64,000 nt of DNA from Eledone cirrhosa (lineage: Eukaryota), in NCBI GenBank assembly GCA_964016885.1, contig OZ024746.1:27776001-27840000 (forward strand), in the 5' to 3' direction. This document shows positions 1 through 13,568 of the stretch, one piece after another. The translations under genes were made by a program, and so were the position numbers. Positions within the stretch are counted from its first letter, which is position 1. Each line of letters starts with the position of its first letter. Under the pieces are notes generated by a model that had not been told where the DNA came from, ran no database searches, and was given only the letters and a program-made list of their open reading frames with translations.

Positions 1-580
1 CAGTAGGTGCTACTGGTAACATGTATCCCAGTACAACCTGTCCCATGGTCGGGTCGTTGGCGACTAAACTGGCAACCCCACCAAGGTTTCTTGGTGAGGA
101 GGGTGACTTTGGACAAAACCTGTGAAAGGGCAAAGGAGCTCTTAAGAGTCAATGGCCATCCAAAATCACCGGGAGAGATGACCCCTTAGCCTTTCTCAAG
201 GCAGAATTCTAGGAGAAGGAGAACTCTGATATAACACCTGCAACCCTGATGGTATCCAATGATGTTGACTTGTTCTTCTTTTTGGTAAATATCATCTTGG
301 TAAAGAGAGTGGGACTGGCTTTGTGCAGTGCCTTTGCTCACTATGAAAGCTTCACGGCACAGGCATTGCTTTATATATGGAGATCTCTCTGCACTTGTCG
401 TCACATGGTACCATGGGCCCAGCACTATGTGTCAATAATTGTCACAAGTGTAGTGTTGTACCAGAGTTTGGTTTCAAGTCGCTGGCTGGACTAAAAAGTC
501 ACTCTCGTTCAGCGCATCGGTAGGGGTTCTCCTACATGGATATAAAGTAGTGGCCCTACTCGAAAACGAGTTGGCAGCCA

Positions 581-583
<3 letters not shown>
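1..583 (+). mobile_element. Short non-autonomous RTE-derived retroelement (5' UTR-like head fused to RTE 3' end); 5' end cut by the window edge
   Basis: The 3' part reads HKCSV..FKSLAGLKSHSRSAHR*, resembling the C2H2-like C-terminus of RTE ORFs. The head has the RTE-type motif CTAGGAGAAGGAGAACTCTGA. It ends in (TA)n and is the reverse complement of 55431-56030. Confidence 0.65.
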
Positions 584-657
<74 letters not shown>

Positions 658-682
658 ATATTTTTATATATATATATATATA

Positions 683-1549
683 GTATTAGTTATACTATTT
701 ATGGTTATGTAAATACAAAACCTTAAGCAGTTGTAAGTATTTTACACACACCCTAAATAGTGGTAGGCAGTAATGTATTACTACCTTATTACCAGTAAGT
801 TAAGTAGCTCAATGTAAAAACATCAGATGATTTACAGAGCAGTTATATGAAATATAAGAATCAAAGAACTGTTCAAAACATTATTGTGCTTACAGCTGTT
901 TCCTCCAAACCGAGGTTTGGATTCTTCGGAGCAATTTATTAATGCATGGACAGTTATATGACCTCCTTTTCAGCCGAGAGACATACCAATACATATTCAA
1001 ACATTGATACATATTCAAACATTGTGGGTCAACATTCATTACAGAATTTAGAGTGGCAGTACACACTTCGAGATTACATTTATATTAATAGGTACAATCA
1101 AAAATCAAAGATATAGGTTAAAGTACAACATGAAGATAAGTGGTTATATAGTGCAAATGTTATATGTGTGGCACGCATGTGCGTCTTGTTTATATAGTGT
1201 GGCAGAGAGATATGTGTGGTAGAGGCACTTAGGTAGGTAAATAAGAGTGTTAGGTTGGTAGATCTGGTGGCAAAATCTTTATATGATTGATATAGTCTGT
1301 GTGTGGAGAAATATTATAAGCATTAAAGATAGTGCAAGCATTAAAAGTGTTATAAGTATTGGAGATGCACAGCGCAGGGATGTCAAGTAATTCATGTACT
1401 TCGGCATTTTCATGGTCAAGGGAGTGTATATTTCGATTATATGCCTTTCACATAATCCACGACAATCCAGTTAGAGATCGTAGTCTGGTGTTCTTTAGTT
1501 CGATACAGGAGGTTGTTACGTTTCGAGAAACGCCATTGAATACCGGAAG

Positions 1550-1555
<6 letters not shown>
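683..1555 (-). mobile_element. Probable Penelope-like element 3' region (pLTR) between two (TA)n tracts
   Basis: Unique sequence bounded by (TA)n on both sides, carrying a minimal hammerhead at 887-933. No recognisable ORF. Confidence 0.5.
887..933 (-). ncRNA. Minimal type I hammerhead ribozyme motif (U4C variant)
   Basis: Minus strand: TGCT-CCGAAGA-A-TCCAAACC tc GGTTTGGA-G-GAAA-CAGCTG-TA-AGCA. Stem I TGCT/AGCA, 8-bp stem II, palindromic stem III, GUA site. Confidence 0.75.
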
Positions 1556-1609
<54 letters not shown>

Positions 1610-1620
1610 ATAAATATATA

Positions 1621-1826
1621 TATTGTTTACAAACACACCGAGCATTATAATAAATGTTCGGTGAATCCATACGTACATATATATGTGTGTGCATGTATGT
1701 ATATATATATATATACATACTACTGTACGTCTGTATACATATATGTATGTACGTGTACATACTTATATTTAAGTAACAGCCGTACTAAGAGTGGGAAATG
1801 AAATTTCGTTTCATTTTTTCCGTTTA
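1621..1826 (+). repeat. 3' fragment of the ~445-bp hammerhead repeat family at 40331-41003
   Basis: Reverse complement of 40332-40545 (CCGAGCATTATAATAAATGTTCGGT...GAAATGAAATTTCGTTTCAT), followed by (TA)n. Confidence 0.8.
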
Positions 1827-1985
1827 TATATATATATATAAGATTGTAAGTTTGTTTTTTATGGCATACAGACAGGACGTGGAGAAAGAAAAGATAGATT
1901 ATCCTCCCACATACACATATACACACGCATACACATGTAACCCCCTCCACACACACACACACATACACACACGCATACACACACG

Positions 1986-2043
<58 letters not shown>

Positions 2044-2554
2044 CATACATACATATATGTATAATTATATTGTTTACGTGTAATAGGTAGGATCAGAGGA
2101 CTTGTTTGTATGTTAGCATATTAACTAGAATCTACCCATAGGGATGTTTCATGAATTTGATAGATTTTTATTTCCTAATGAAGAAGAACAGGAAGAAAAA
2201 GTGACAGGTACATAAATATCTCTCGTTATTTACCGATATTTTTGATCAGTTTTGCTACTGATGTCACTTAAAACGTATATATGTCGTTAGGCAAAATGGC
2301 GGCTTGTTTTCTTTCAAATTATTGTGATTTCCATTCTTTTTCTATTTTCAATATTTAGAGAAAAGTATACAAGAAACGGTTGTTTCTGTGATTAGGCTGC
2401 ACACAGAAAATAATCTACATTAATATTCTTTGTCATTAATGCATTAAGAAATTTGTCTTTCAGACAGAACTTTCTGAAAGTTTCTAATCTGACATATGTA
2501 TGTTATTGAAAGACATATTTATGATCACTTTTTTGTTACTTTAAATATTTATTC

Positions 2555-2633
<79 letters not shown>

Positions 2634-2775
2634 ATGTGTGTGTGCGCGCGCGCGCGTGTGCGTGTGTATAATATAATTTAATATACTTATAGTGTGTATT
2701 AGTAATATATTATGAAATACATTTAAATAAAATTCACGTATATGATATATATATGTATATATATGCATATATATC

Positions 2776-2828
<53 letters not shown>

Positions 2829-2839
2829 GCATATATATC

Positions 2840-2879
<40 letters not shown>

Positions 2880-2880
2880 C

Positions 2881-2994
2881 GAAAAATCACACTAACACAC
2901 ACATACACACGCACCATTTTATATATATCTATCTCTCTCTATCTATATATATATAAAATGGTGCGTGTGTATGTGTGTGTTAGCGTGATTTTTC
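2881..2994. repeat. Inverted repeat with ~48-bp arms around a TA/CT spacer
   Basis: GAAAAATCACACTAACAC...CACCATTTTATATA (2881-2928) versus its reverse complement at 2947-2994. Confidence 0.85.
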
Positions 2995-3233
2995 TCTCGT
3001 TAAACGATCCAACATTGAGATAAAGTTAAGGAACACAAACAAACCCAAACCAACCAATATCCACCACACTAAATACAATTACTCACTACAAAAGCACAAC
3101 GTTTGACAATTAATTAAATCACAAGTTAGCTTAAAACCATTGATAATTACATAAATATCAAAAAGAAGGATAAAAGCAAAATTAAGTAATGAGAAAAAGT
3201 GGAAGGGATAAAGTAGAGCAGATCTGACTGTAA

Positions 3234-3889
3234 TTGCTGCAGCAAGTGTATGGGGATGAGACGATGTCACGCTCACGTGTTTTTGAGTGGTGCAAGAAGT
3301 TTAAAGAAGGACGCGAGGACGTGGAAGATGATCCCAGGAGCGGAAGGCCCTCAACAACCAGGACTGAGGTCAACGTTGAGCGCGTCAGGCAGATGGTTCG
3401 TAGCGATCGCCGGCTGACTGTTCGACTGATGGCAAATGAGCTGGGCATGAATCAGGACAGCGTCTGGAAGATTCTCACTGAAGATTTGGACATGCGGAAA
3501 GTCTGCGGGAAGATGGTGCCAAAACTGCTGAACGATGACCAGAAGGGTCGACGCATGCAAGTGTGCCAGGACATCCTCGAGCGTCTTGAAACCGAACCAG
3601 ACTTGCTAGGGACAGTCATCACCGGTGATGAGTCATGGATCTTCGAGTACGACCCGGAGGGTACCCGTTTTGAAGACGTGGACGACATCAAAAAGGCTGT
3701 GACGACGGAACTGCGGAGGATCCCGGAAGTATCCTTCCAGGAGTGCATTGAAGCGTGGCAGAAAAGGATGGAAAAGTGCATTAGACTCCAGGGGGATTAC
3801 TTTGAAGGAGAAAACTCTTAGTGTGAAGTTTGGGTTTGAAATAAATCTTTTGTGACATCAGTCCTGGAACTTTTCTGACCACCCTCGTA
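3234..3889 (+). mobile_element. Mariner-family transposon remnant, 5'-truncated with an in-frame internal deletion
   Basis: ORF 3234-3821 has HTH motifs (SRSRVFEWCKKFKEGREDVEDDPRSGRPS), MVPKLL (WVPHEL-like) and TGDESWIFEYDPE, then jumps directly to GTRFEDV, so the second and third catalytic Asp region is missing. 3' TIR ...GGAACTTTTCTGACCACCCTCGTA ends in TA at 3889. Confidence 0.92.
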
Positions 3890-4529
3890 CGTTCTCTCCC
3901 TATCTCCCACCCTCTCACTCTTCTCTCTCTTTCACCTTTTCTCCTTCATTACTTCTATCTCTTCCTCTCTCTTTCCTTCTCTCCCCCCTTTTACTCACAC
4001 ACTTACATAAACACTAGCATACACGCATTCTTACTCTCACTCGCTTCTAATAAGACAGACGTTTTCCGCCACAAAAACAGCAGTCTAAAATGTACGTTCA
4101 AGCAACATTTTAATGATATCCGTAATTATAGCTAGACTTAACACGTTTCTACTGAATGATAAGCAGTACTTAACAATAATGTTTCGTGATGTTGCGTAAT
4201 AAAACTCTCTAAAGTCGTCTCCTTTGCTGAGATGTTGTTATGCATTGTTTAGGAAACTTGCTTAACAGAATTTGTTGGTTTTTCTTTTTGTTTGTTTGAT
4301 TTAACAAAACACTTCTCTTTCAAGTATACCGAAACATAACTTAATACACATAAGTATACAAATACATACATAGACGGAAATAGCCAAACATATATACATA
4401 TGCATAAGCATTCCTGTTATTTCAAGCGTTAAACTAATATATTTCTTCCATGTACTGTGTCGTTTTGTTTTGTTATTTCTGTTTACCTTTTACACTCCCC
4501 CCCCCCCACATATATATATATATATATAT

Positions 4530-4875
4530 ATGTGTAGGCTTGTTCCTTTCCTAGTTTCCTAATTATTGTATTGTGTTTGTCATTCTTCCTTTCTTGAATG
4601 TTACGTTGGGGCATTTTTCCAATCCCAATTCTATCTCTACAATCATCGCTGAACACTTTGGCCGTCTTCAGTAGTTCTTCCAATTTGTTGTCATATTTGG
4701 CATTCAGCTTCATGTCATCCATATGAAACAGATATCTATATGGTTTTGCTGTCTATTTTGTAGCCATAATTTGTTTTGTTGAGCGCTAAAGACAGTGGTG
4801 TGCGTGCAATACAAAAAATATCAGAGGAGAAAACGAATCACTTTGAAAAATATCACAGTTAATACTTATGCTGCT
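4530..4875 (-). pseudogene. Degraded RT fragment of an R4/Dong-clade non-LTR retrotransposon
   Basis: Minus strand: GIFQSDS-like, GYKI, LFHMDDMKL (YMDDLKL motif), VFSDD..IGIGK. Confidence 0.75.
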
Positions 4876-5909
4876 GGAATTTATAGTTTCATCCCTGTGT
4901 TACAATGATAGATTTGTATTCCATAAATACATTATCATTATTATTATTATTGATTTAGTTGTTGTTGTTGTTAGTATTAATATTATATCGTTTGATCCAG
5001 TGAGCTGTAATCTAGAATATTTGCCACCTACTAGAGCTAATCACTATTTTTTGTAGGCTGAGTTCAGTTTACAATTAAGCGAGCAGCTTGTATGGATAGG
5101 AGAAACTCCAGAGAATCAAGTCAATAGAAAACGTGAAACAAACATGGAGGAGGGTTACACGCTTCTATGGAATAGAAAAGGAAGTGTCCTCAAAATATAG
5201 AGCTTTAGTCCTTTATCAGGAAAGAAATGAGGGTGTAGTTAGGAGAGAGAAGTTAAGGTTAATCCAAATTATTCGTTCTAAAGTACCAGCCTGTGACCTC
5301 CCTGAATTTCTTAAGTTTAAGGTTCATATTAGTGGCCCATGGGATTTGAAATGGTTTTCGACAAAATGCACCATTCTGGCCTCAATCGGTTACTCTTTGT
5401 TAAATACGAAAATCTGATACAACCATGTGATTTGGTAATTTAGTAACCTTTGCATGTATTTATCACAGTGCGTGATAGGTTTGTCATCTCACCGACAACA
5501 GTTGATTTGATGAGATGAAAAAAAAAAAACAATAATTACAAAGAGAGAGGTTGTTCTAATCCAGGTTTTGTTTACGGCAAAACATTCGGTTTTGATCAGA
5601 GTTGAGAATCATTGTAGTGAAAAGCATTTTAAGCAATCGATTTCCATAGAAATATATTTCCAGTCGGAGTGGTGTGTTGCAAGTAAATCAATTATGATCT
5701 GTCTAGACTTAATACAATTTGTTGGTGTTGTAAGAGACGGAAAATAACAGATGACATTTCGTTCTAGTTATTTCGTATTCAGTACAAGGACTCTGACTAC
5801 TTTCAAGTTAGAAATATTTATTTACATTGATAAATACGATCAAGAAAAAATGTAGTCACTCAAACTATGTAGCCAGTCAACTCTTAAGACAAGAAATATG
5901 TCAGTTTAA

Positions 5910-5969
<60 letters not shown>

Positions 5970-7107
5970 ATATTTATATTTATATATATATAAAGAGAAA
6001 GAGAGAGGGGGAGAGAGAGGGAGAACGGGGATAGAGAGAGCTACATGTAGATCATAAAAGGACTTTCAACAAAAAGTCGAAAACTAGATTAAAGAAAAAT
6101 ACAAAATATAAGTAGAAAAAGGACAATTTCGATTGATATTATTTCAGCTATTAGATTTATTATAATAAAGCTGTATTGGGGAATAAAGAATATAATGAGG
6201 TCTTACTTTATTCAATCAGTTTGTGAATAGATGTAATTCAATTATCAAGTCACGCCATTGACAAGCTAACCCTTTAAATAACTATTGTTAATATAATTCT
6301 TAATATAATTTCTATGCCGTTGCATTCATACTTCTTTTACATTTATCTGTCACGATTGTCATAATTCCATCTTTGTCCATTTCACAAGAATATATTTCGT
6401 TACATTTCTTAATGTTCGATTCAGTAAATATCTGCTTTATGGAACAGCCCCTTATCATTAAAACTTATTCTTCGCTATTTTTCTTTGAATTAACTTAATT
6501 ATTTCGCTGATGTTTAATAAGTCTCCATTGTACAATACGAGAGAAATCTATTTATTCTTACAGATATTGCGTATTAAATATTTATGTCTGTCATTTAATC
6601 AGGGAGAGGTTTGGAGCAAGAGTTCAATCATTCCTTGTGTATGGTTGCGATATATGTTGTAAATATTTCTGCTTTTACATGACATAATCAGTTAAGAAAG
6701 GTTCGGGTACATGAACTTTTCAGAGCAACTGAAACTAGTGAAGAGAGGAAAAGAGCGTATTATCAGACTGCAGAACTGATTCGAATAATTACAACACGAT
6801 TAACTCTGTTTAGTACATACAAAGGCAAGATGGCGCTTTTACACCTTGAATCAAATTACCATCAATAATTTCTTTTCAACTTGGAATGGAATACAGGTAA
6901 ACACAGATTTCTCGGCTGCCTTGCTGAAGACCCGTTTAACCAAACTCACTAGAAACATTAAGAAATCAGGAACACGTCACTAACACTTAACTATAAGTAA
7001 TAGGATCAAATATTTAAAATTAAATCTAATGCTACTTAGTAACCTTTTTATGTGAATTAGCTGATCTGGCAGAGTGCACGATATGCGAGTATCTAGCCAT
7101 AATTATA

Positions 7108-7385
7108 TGTAATCTATCTATCTAGGGCTGGTAAAATTCCCGAGATCCATGGACGAGTTCTCTCCAGCGGTCTCTGTCCCTCATTATCGCTGCCATGTCC
7201 TGCGTTTCCAACAGACCAGTGTCTGTCCTTAGGGCATCAACATACATTAACCTTGGTCTTCCTCTTCCAGTGTGTCCATGTAGGGGCTCCCACAGGAGCA
7301 CTGAGTTCAATGTCAACTCTGGATGTCGGTGAGCATGTCCAGCTAACCTCAGTCTCCTCTGCGTCACTTTTGAGCTGACTTTTGT
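7108..7385 (-). mobile_element. RTE-group LINE 3' end
   Basis: QRRLRLAGHAHRH...LLWEP..GRGRP...DRDRWRELV, followed by a (TAGA)n tail. Confidence 0.85.
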
Positions 7386-8364
7386 AAATAATAGTATATA
7401 CTTGACTATCAGTGGCTGAAAAATCTGTGATCCACCTGTACTGACCTCAAGAAGATCAGCAACAACATCAAAAGTAACATGTCATGAGAAATTTCAGTGT
7501 TTACCCATAATTATATCTGGATGTACCACATAATCAGTTGCCGGAAATTTGTCACAATTAGATGCGCTTTTGTCAGGATGGATACAATACAATATGTTGG
7601 ATTTTTACTGAACATAAAATGTTTTGTGCAAGTAATGAGAGAAAGGGTCTTGTATAATGACCAAACTAGATAGCTAATCATTCGTTCGCACTAGAATGAA
7701 GAAATTAAAGAAATGATTACTCGTGAAATGTAACAGGGAAATATGATGATAGAAATAATTAAAGGCCGTTGAGATAAGCTCTTCAATAGTAAGAGTTAAT
7801 TGAACTGACACATATGATGATAAATAGTAATTCGATTTTCGTGATTAGCTGCATGCTTGATTCATCTACTATAAATTATGTGCTACGTAGTTTGTACTTG
7901 ATGAAAGTCACAATAGTTGAAGAGATAAGGGAATCGTTACTACCCAAATGTTCGACGTTTGTTGGTAATAATTTGTGACTTTGAACAAAGTTATCAGGTT
8001 CATTTGGGTATGAACTATATATCTTATTGTACATCAATGGTATTAATTTCATGAATTGACCGAAACACTGTAATTACATTGGGTTAATATTACTGGTTAT
8101 TTTATATAGTTGGACAGAAAGGAATGCAGATTTATACAGTTACTGGATAACCTGTTGTGTGCGTGTGATTAAATGAATGTCGGTATGGATGATTGAATAA
8201 ATATTTGCTTGGTAACTACATAGTTTCGTGTTCATATCAACCCCGTGCCAACACAGGCTGGTATCTTTTATCATGGTCCCGCATCGACTAAAGTCGTAAT
8301 CATCATTATTGTTCTTGTGTAGTAGACCTGCATTGATGTTGACACTAATGGGCAGTAGTTGACA

Positions 8365-8540
8365 CTACTAAACTTGGCTGCATTACGGGTGCTTTATTTT
8401 ATCGACCCCGTAAGGAAGAAAGGCAAAGCTAACCTCGGCGGGATGTGAACTCAGAACGTAAAGCGACGTAAGTCTATGGTCGTGAAATATAGTATAGTGT
8501 CCGATGCTCCACTGATAAAGTACAACCAATCTGCCGCCCT
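8365..8540 (-). mobile_element. tRNA-derived SINE, diverged copy
   Basis: Contains TTTATTTTATCGACCCCGTAAGGAAGAAAGGCAAAG..CCTCGGCGGGATGTGAACTCAGA. Confidence 0.85.
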
Positions 8541-8789
8541 CTTGTTAATTTATAATGACAAGTATCGAAGTGAGTATTGCTGGGGTTTAAGTGAGTTTCA
8601 GTGGGGGGGGGGGTCAATAAAGATGTGAGTGATAATGAAGACAATGTCATTGATAATCATCATTTAAGTAGAAATATCCACAATTGTATGTAAAGATTTG
8701 GGTAGAATATTCACGATAATGGAAACCATTCAACAAAATACAAGTTTTAAAGTGGATTATATTGGGGGGGGGGGTACGAAATGACACGA

Positions 8790-9135
8790 TGGTCGTTGTG
8801 TTGTAGGGGTGGTAGATTTGTTGTTGTTGTGGTGGTGGTGGCGTTGGGTGGTGCTAGAGGTGGACGTAGTGTGGTGTGGTGGTGGAGGTGGTGGTGATGG
8901 TGGTGGTAGTGGTAGTAGTAGTGGTGCTGATGATAATAATGCTAACGACGACAGATTTTGATGATAAAGAAAGAGGTGATGTTGATAATGGAGGTGGTGG
9001 TTGAAGCTCGTAGTGGTGATGATGTAGTGTAGATGATATTGCTGATGACGACGACGACAACGTTGATATTGATGATGATGATACTGATGATGATGACGAT
9101 GACGATGGAGATGATACTGATAATGATGATTGTTT
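8790..9135. repeat. Degenerate (GGT)n/(GAT)n trinucleotide tract
   Basis: Direct inspection. Confidence 0.9.
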
Positions 9136-9195
9136 TCTGAAACCTTTTTTAAAAAAATAATTTCAACTTGTATTAAAATATGTTTTACTTGATAA

Positions 9196-9260
<65 letters not shown>

Positions 9261-9524
9261 TAGCGAGAATCGTATTTCGGCTTTGGAATTAGCGAAAAAC
9301 AACTTCCGAGATGTGTGGCAAGCGCTCAATAATTCTGACGAACCAGAGCTACAACATACGTTAAAGGCCAAACACACTGAGACGATGGTTAAACCGTCAT
9401 CCGCTAGCCATAGAAACGACCAAGTAATTCGGGTCAAACAAATAAAAAAATGTGATTGAAAAAATGTGATTGAAAAAATGTAATTGAAAAAAAAAAAAAA
9501 AATAATATATATATATATATTCTC

Positions 9525-9559
<35 letters not shown>

Positions 9560-9589
9560 ATGTATGTACATATCCCTCTCTCTCTCTTT

Positions 9590-9623
<34 letters not shown>

Positions 9624-9659
9624 GATTTATCAAGTAAAAAATATTTTCATACAAGTTGA

Positions 9660-11548
<1,889 letters not shown>

Positions 11549-11896
11549 TTATCTATATATATGTATATATGTAAGAATATATATATGCATGTATGTGTTG
11601 TATATTTCGAGTTACACACATATATATGTGTGTGCGTGTGCGTGCGCGTGGGTGTGTGTGTGTTTGCGTGTGTGTGTGTGTGTGGGGGGGGTGTGTGTGT
11701 GTGTGTGTGTGTGTGTTGTTTTGTATTCGTTTTTCACCATTTCATTTCTTGTTCAGTTTTATAAAAATAGTTGCCAAAAACTCGATTTTAATTAATTCCC
11801 ATTGTCCAAATGTGACTTGCTACACAAACACACACCCACACACATATATATATATATACATATGTGTGTATATGTATACACATTTATATATATATG

Positions 11897-11962
<66 letters not shown>

Positions 11963-12066
11963 CACACACGCACATATATATATACATACACATATACATA
12001 TATGCATATAAATAATATGTATACATATATATCACGATATTAAATAAATGTATACATATATATCTG

Positions 12067-12102
<36 letters not shown>

Positions 12103-12185
12103 CCCCCCCCCCCACCACATGTATATATACACACACACATATATTTATATATATATATAAATATATATGTGTGTGTGTGTGTATG

Positions 12186-12234
<49 letters not shown>

Positions 12235-12427
12235 TGTGTAACTCCAAATATAAAATACAATTAGGTCTCCGTAGTAAAAAATGTCGATAATGAAGGAAAG
12301 TGTGGAATTGGAGAAGGGAGAAGAAAGTAGGAAGATATTTAAGCGAAATCATTTTAATTACTGCGAAAAGAAATAAAAACTCTGTAAATTGTAAATCTAA
12401 TAATCTAAAGATTTTTTCATGAAGGTT

Positions 12428-13278
12428 ATAATAATAATAATAATTGTTTCTACTTTAGGCACAAGGCCAGCAATTACCCAGTGCATTACTAGTACTTTAT
12501 TTTATCGACCCCGTTAATACAATAATATACTATAATTGTTTCTACTTTAGGCACAAGGCCAGCAATTACCTAGTGCATTACTGGTACTTTATTTTATCGA
12601 CCCCGTAAGGATGAAAGGCAAAGTTAACCTCGGCGGGATTTGAACTCAGATCATAAAGGGACGTAACTCTATAATAATAATAATAATTGTTTCGACTTTA
12701 GGCACAAGGCCAGCAAACTATCTAGTACATTACTGGTACTTTATTTTATCGACGCCGTAAGGATGAAAGGCAAAGTCAACCTCGGCGGGATTTGAACTCA
12801 GATCATAAAGGGACGTAACTCTATAATAATAATAATGATGATTTCTACTATAGGCAGAAGGCCAGCAATTTTTTTTTTTTTGGGGGGGGGGGGGGGGGGT
12901 TCAATTAAACTGACCCTAGTACTTACTGGTGCTTTATTTTATCGACCCAATAAGGATGAAAGGCAAAGTTAACCCCGGTGGGATTTAAACTCAGACCATA
13001 ATGAGTTGTAACTCTATACCGAGCGCAAAACATGATGGCCGACGCTCTACCGATACTGCCAATCATCCGCCCTACAATAATAATATTTGTTTCTACTTTT
13101 GGCACATGGCCAGAAAATTACACAGTGCATTACTGGTACTTTATTTTATCGACCCCCGTAGGGATGAAAGGTAAAGTTAACCTCGGCGGGATTTGAACTC
13201 AGACCATAAAGGGCCGTCACTCTTTGCTGCAAAACATGGCGTCTGACCATCTACCGATACTGCCAACCCACCGCCCTT
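12428..13278 (-). mobile_element. Head-to-tail cluster of five (partial to full) tRNA-derived SINEs with (ATT)n tails
   Basis: Repeated TTGTTTCTACTTTAGGCACAAGGCCAGC...ATCGACCCCGTAAGGATGAAAGGCAAAG...GGGATTTGAACTC. A box TGGCAGTATCGG and B box GAGTTCAAATCC on the minus strand. The central part resembles the MetaSINE domain. Confidence 0.9.
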
Positions 13279-13286
13279 TCAAATAC

Positions 13287-13326
<40 letters not shown>

Positions 13327-13568
13327 TTTTCTTTATTAACCACAAGGGTTTACATAAAGTAGACATTAAGGACAGTACAGGACAATACAGGACGGTACAA
13401 ATGGGCATTTCTGCGTGTAAAAAAACAGAGGATGTAATAAAATAACAAAGAAAAATTCCCCAATAGGGGGGAGACTTCCGAGGGACATTTGTGGAGAAAG
13501 CCCATTAAAAGACAACAGTGACCCTGACCATCAGGGCAAGTGCCATCTCCCAGTTTTCCACCTTTAAT

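Noticed and set aside
186-494. ORFs conserved between 186-494 and 55529-55825 as a small gene family
   Set aside because: They are two copies of a young repeat; the meaningful frame is the RTE C-terminus.
9330-9400. Hammerhead at CTGACGAACCA...TGGTTAAACCGTCA
   Set aside because: GAAA is TAAA and stem I does not pair; at best a decayed relic.
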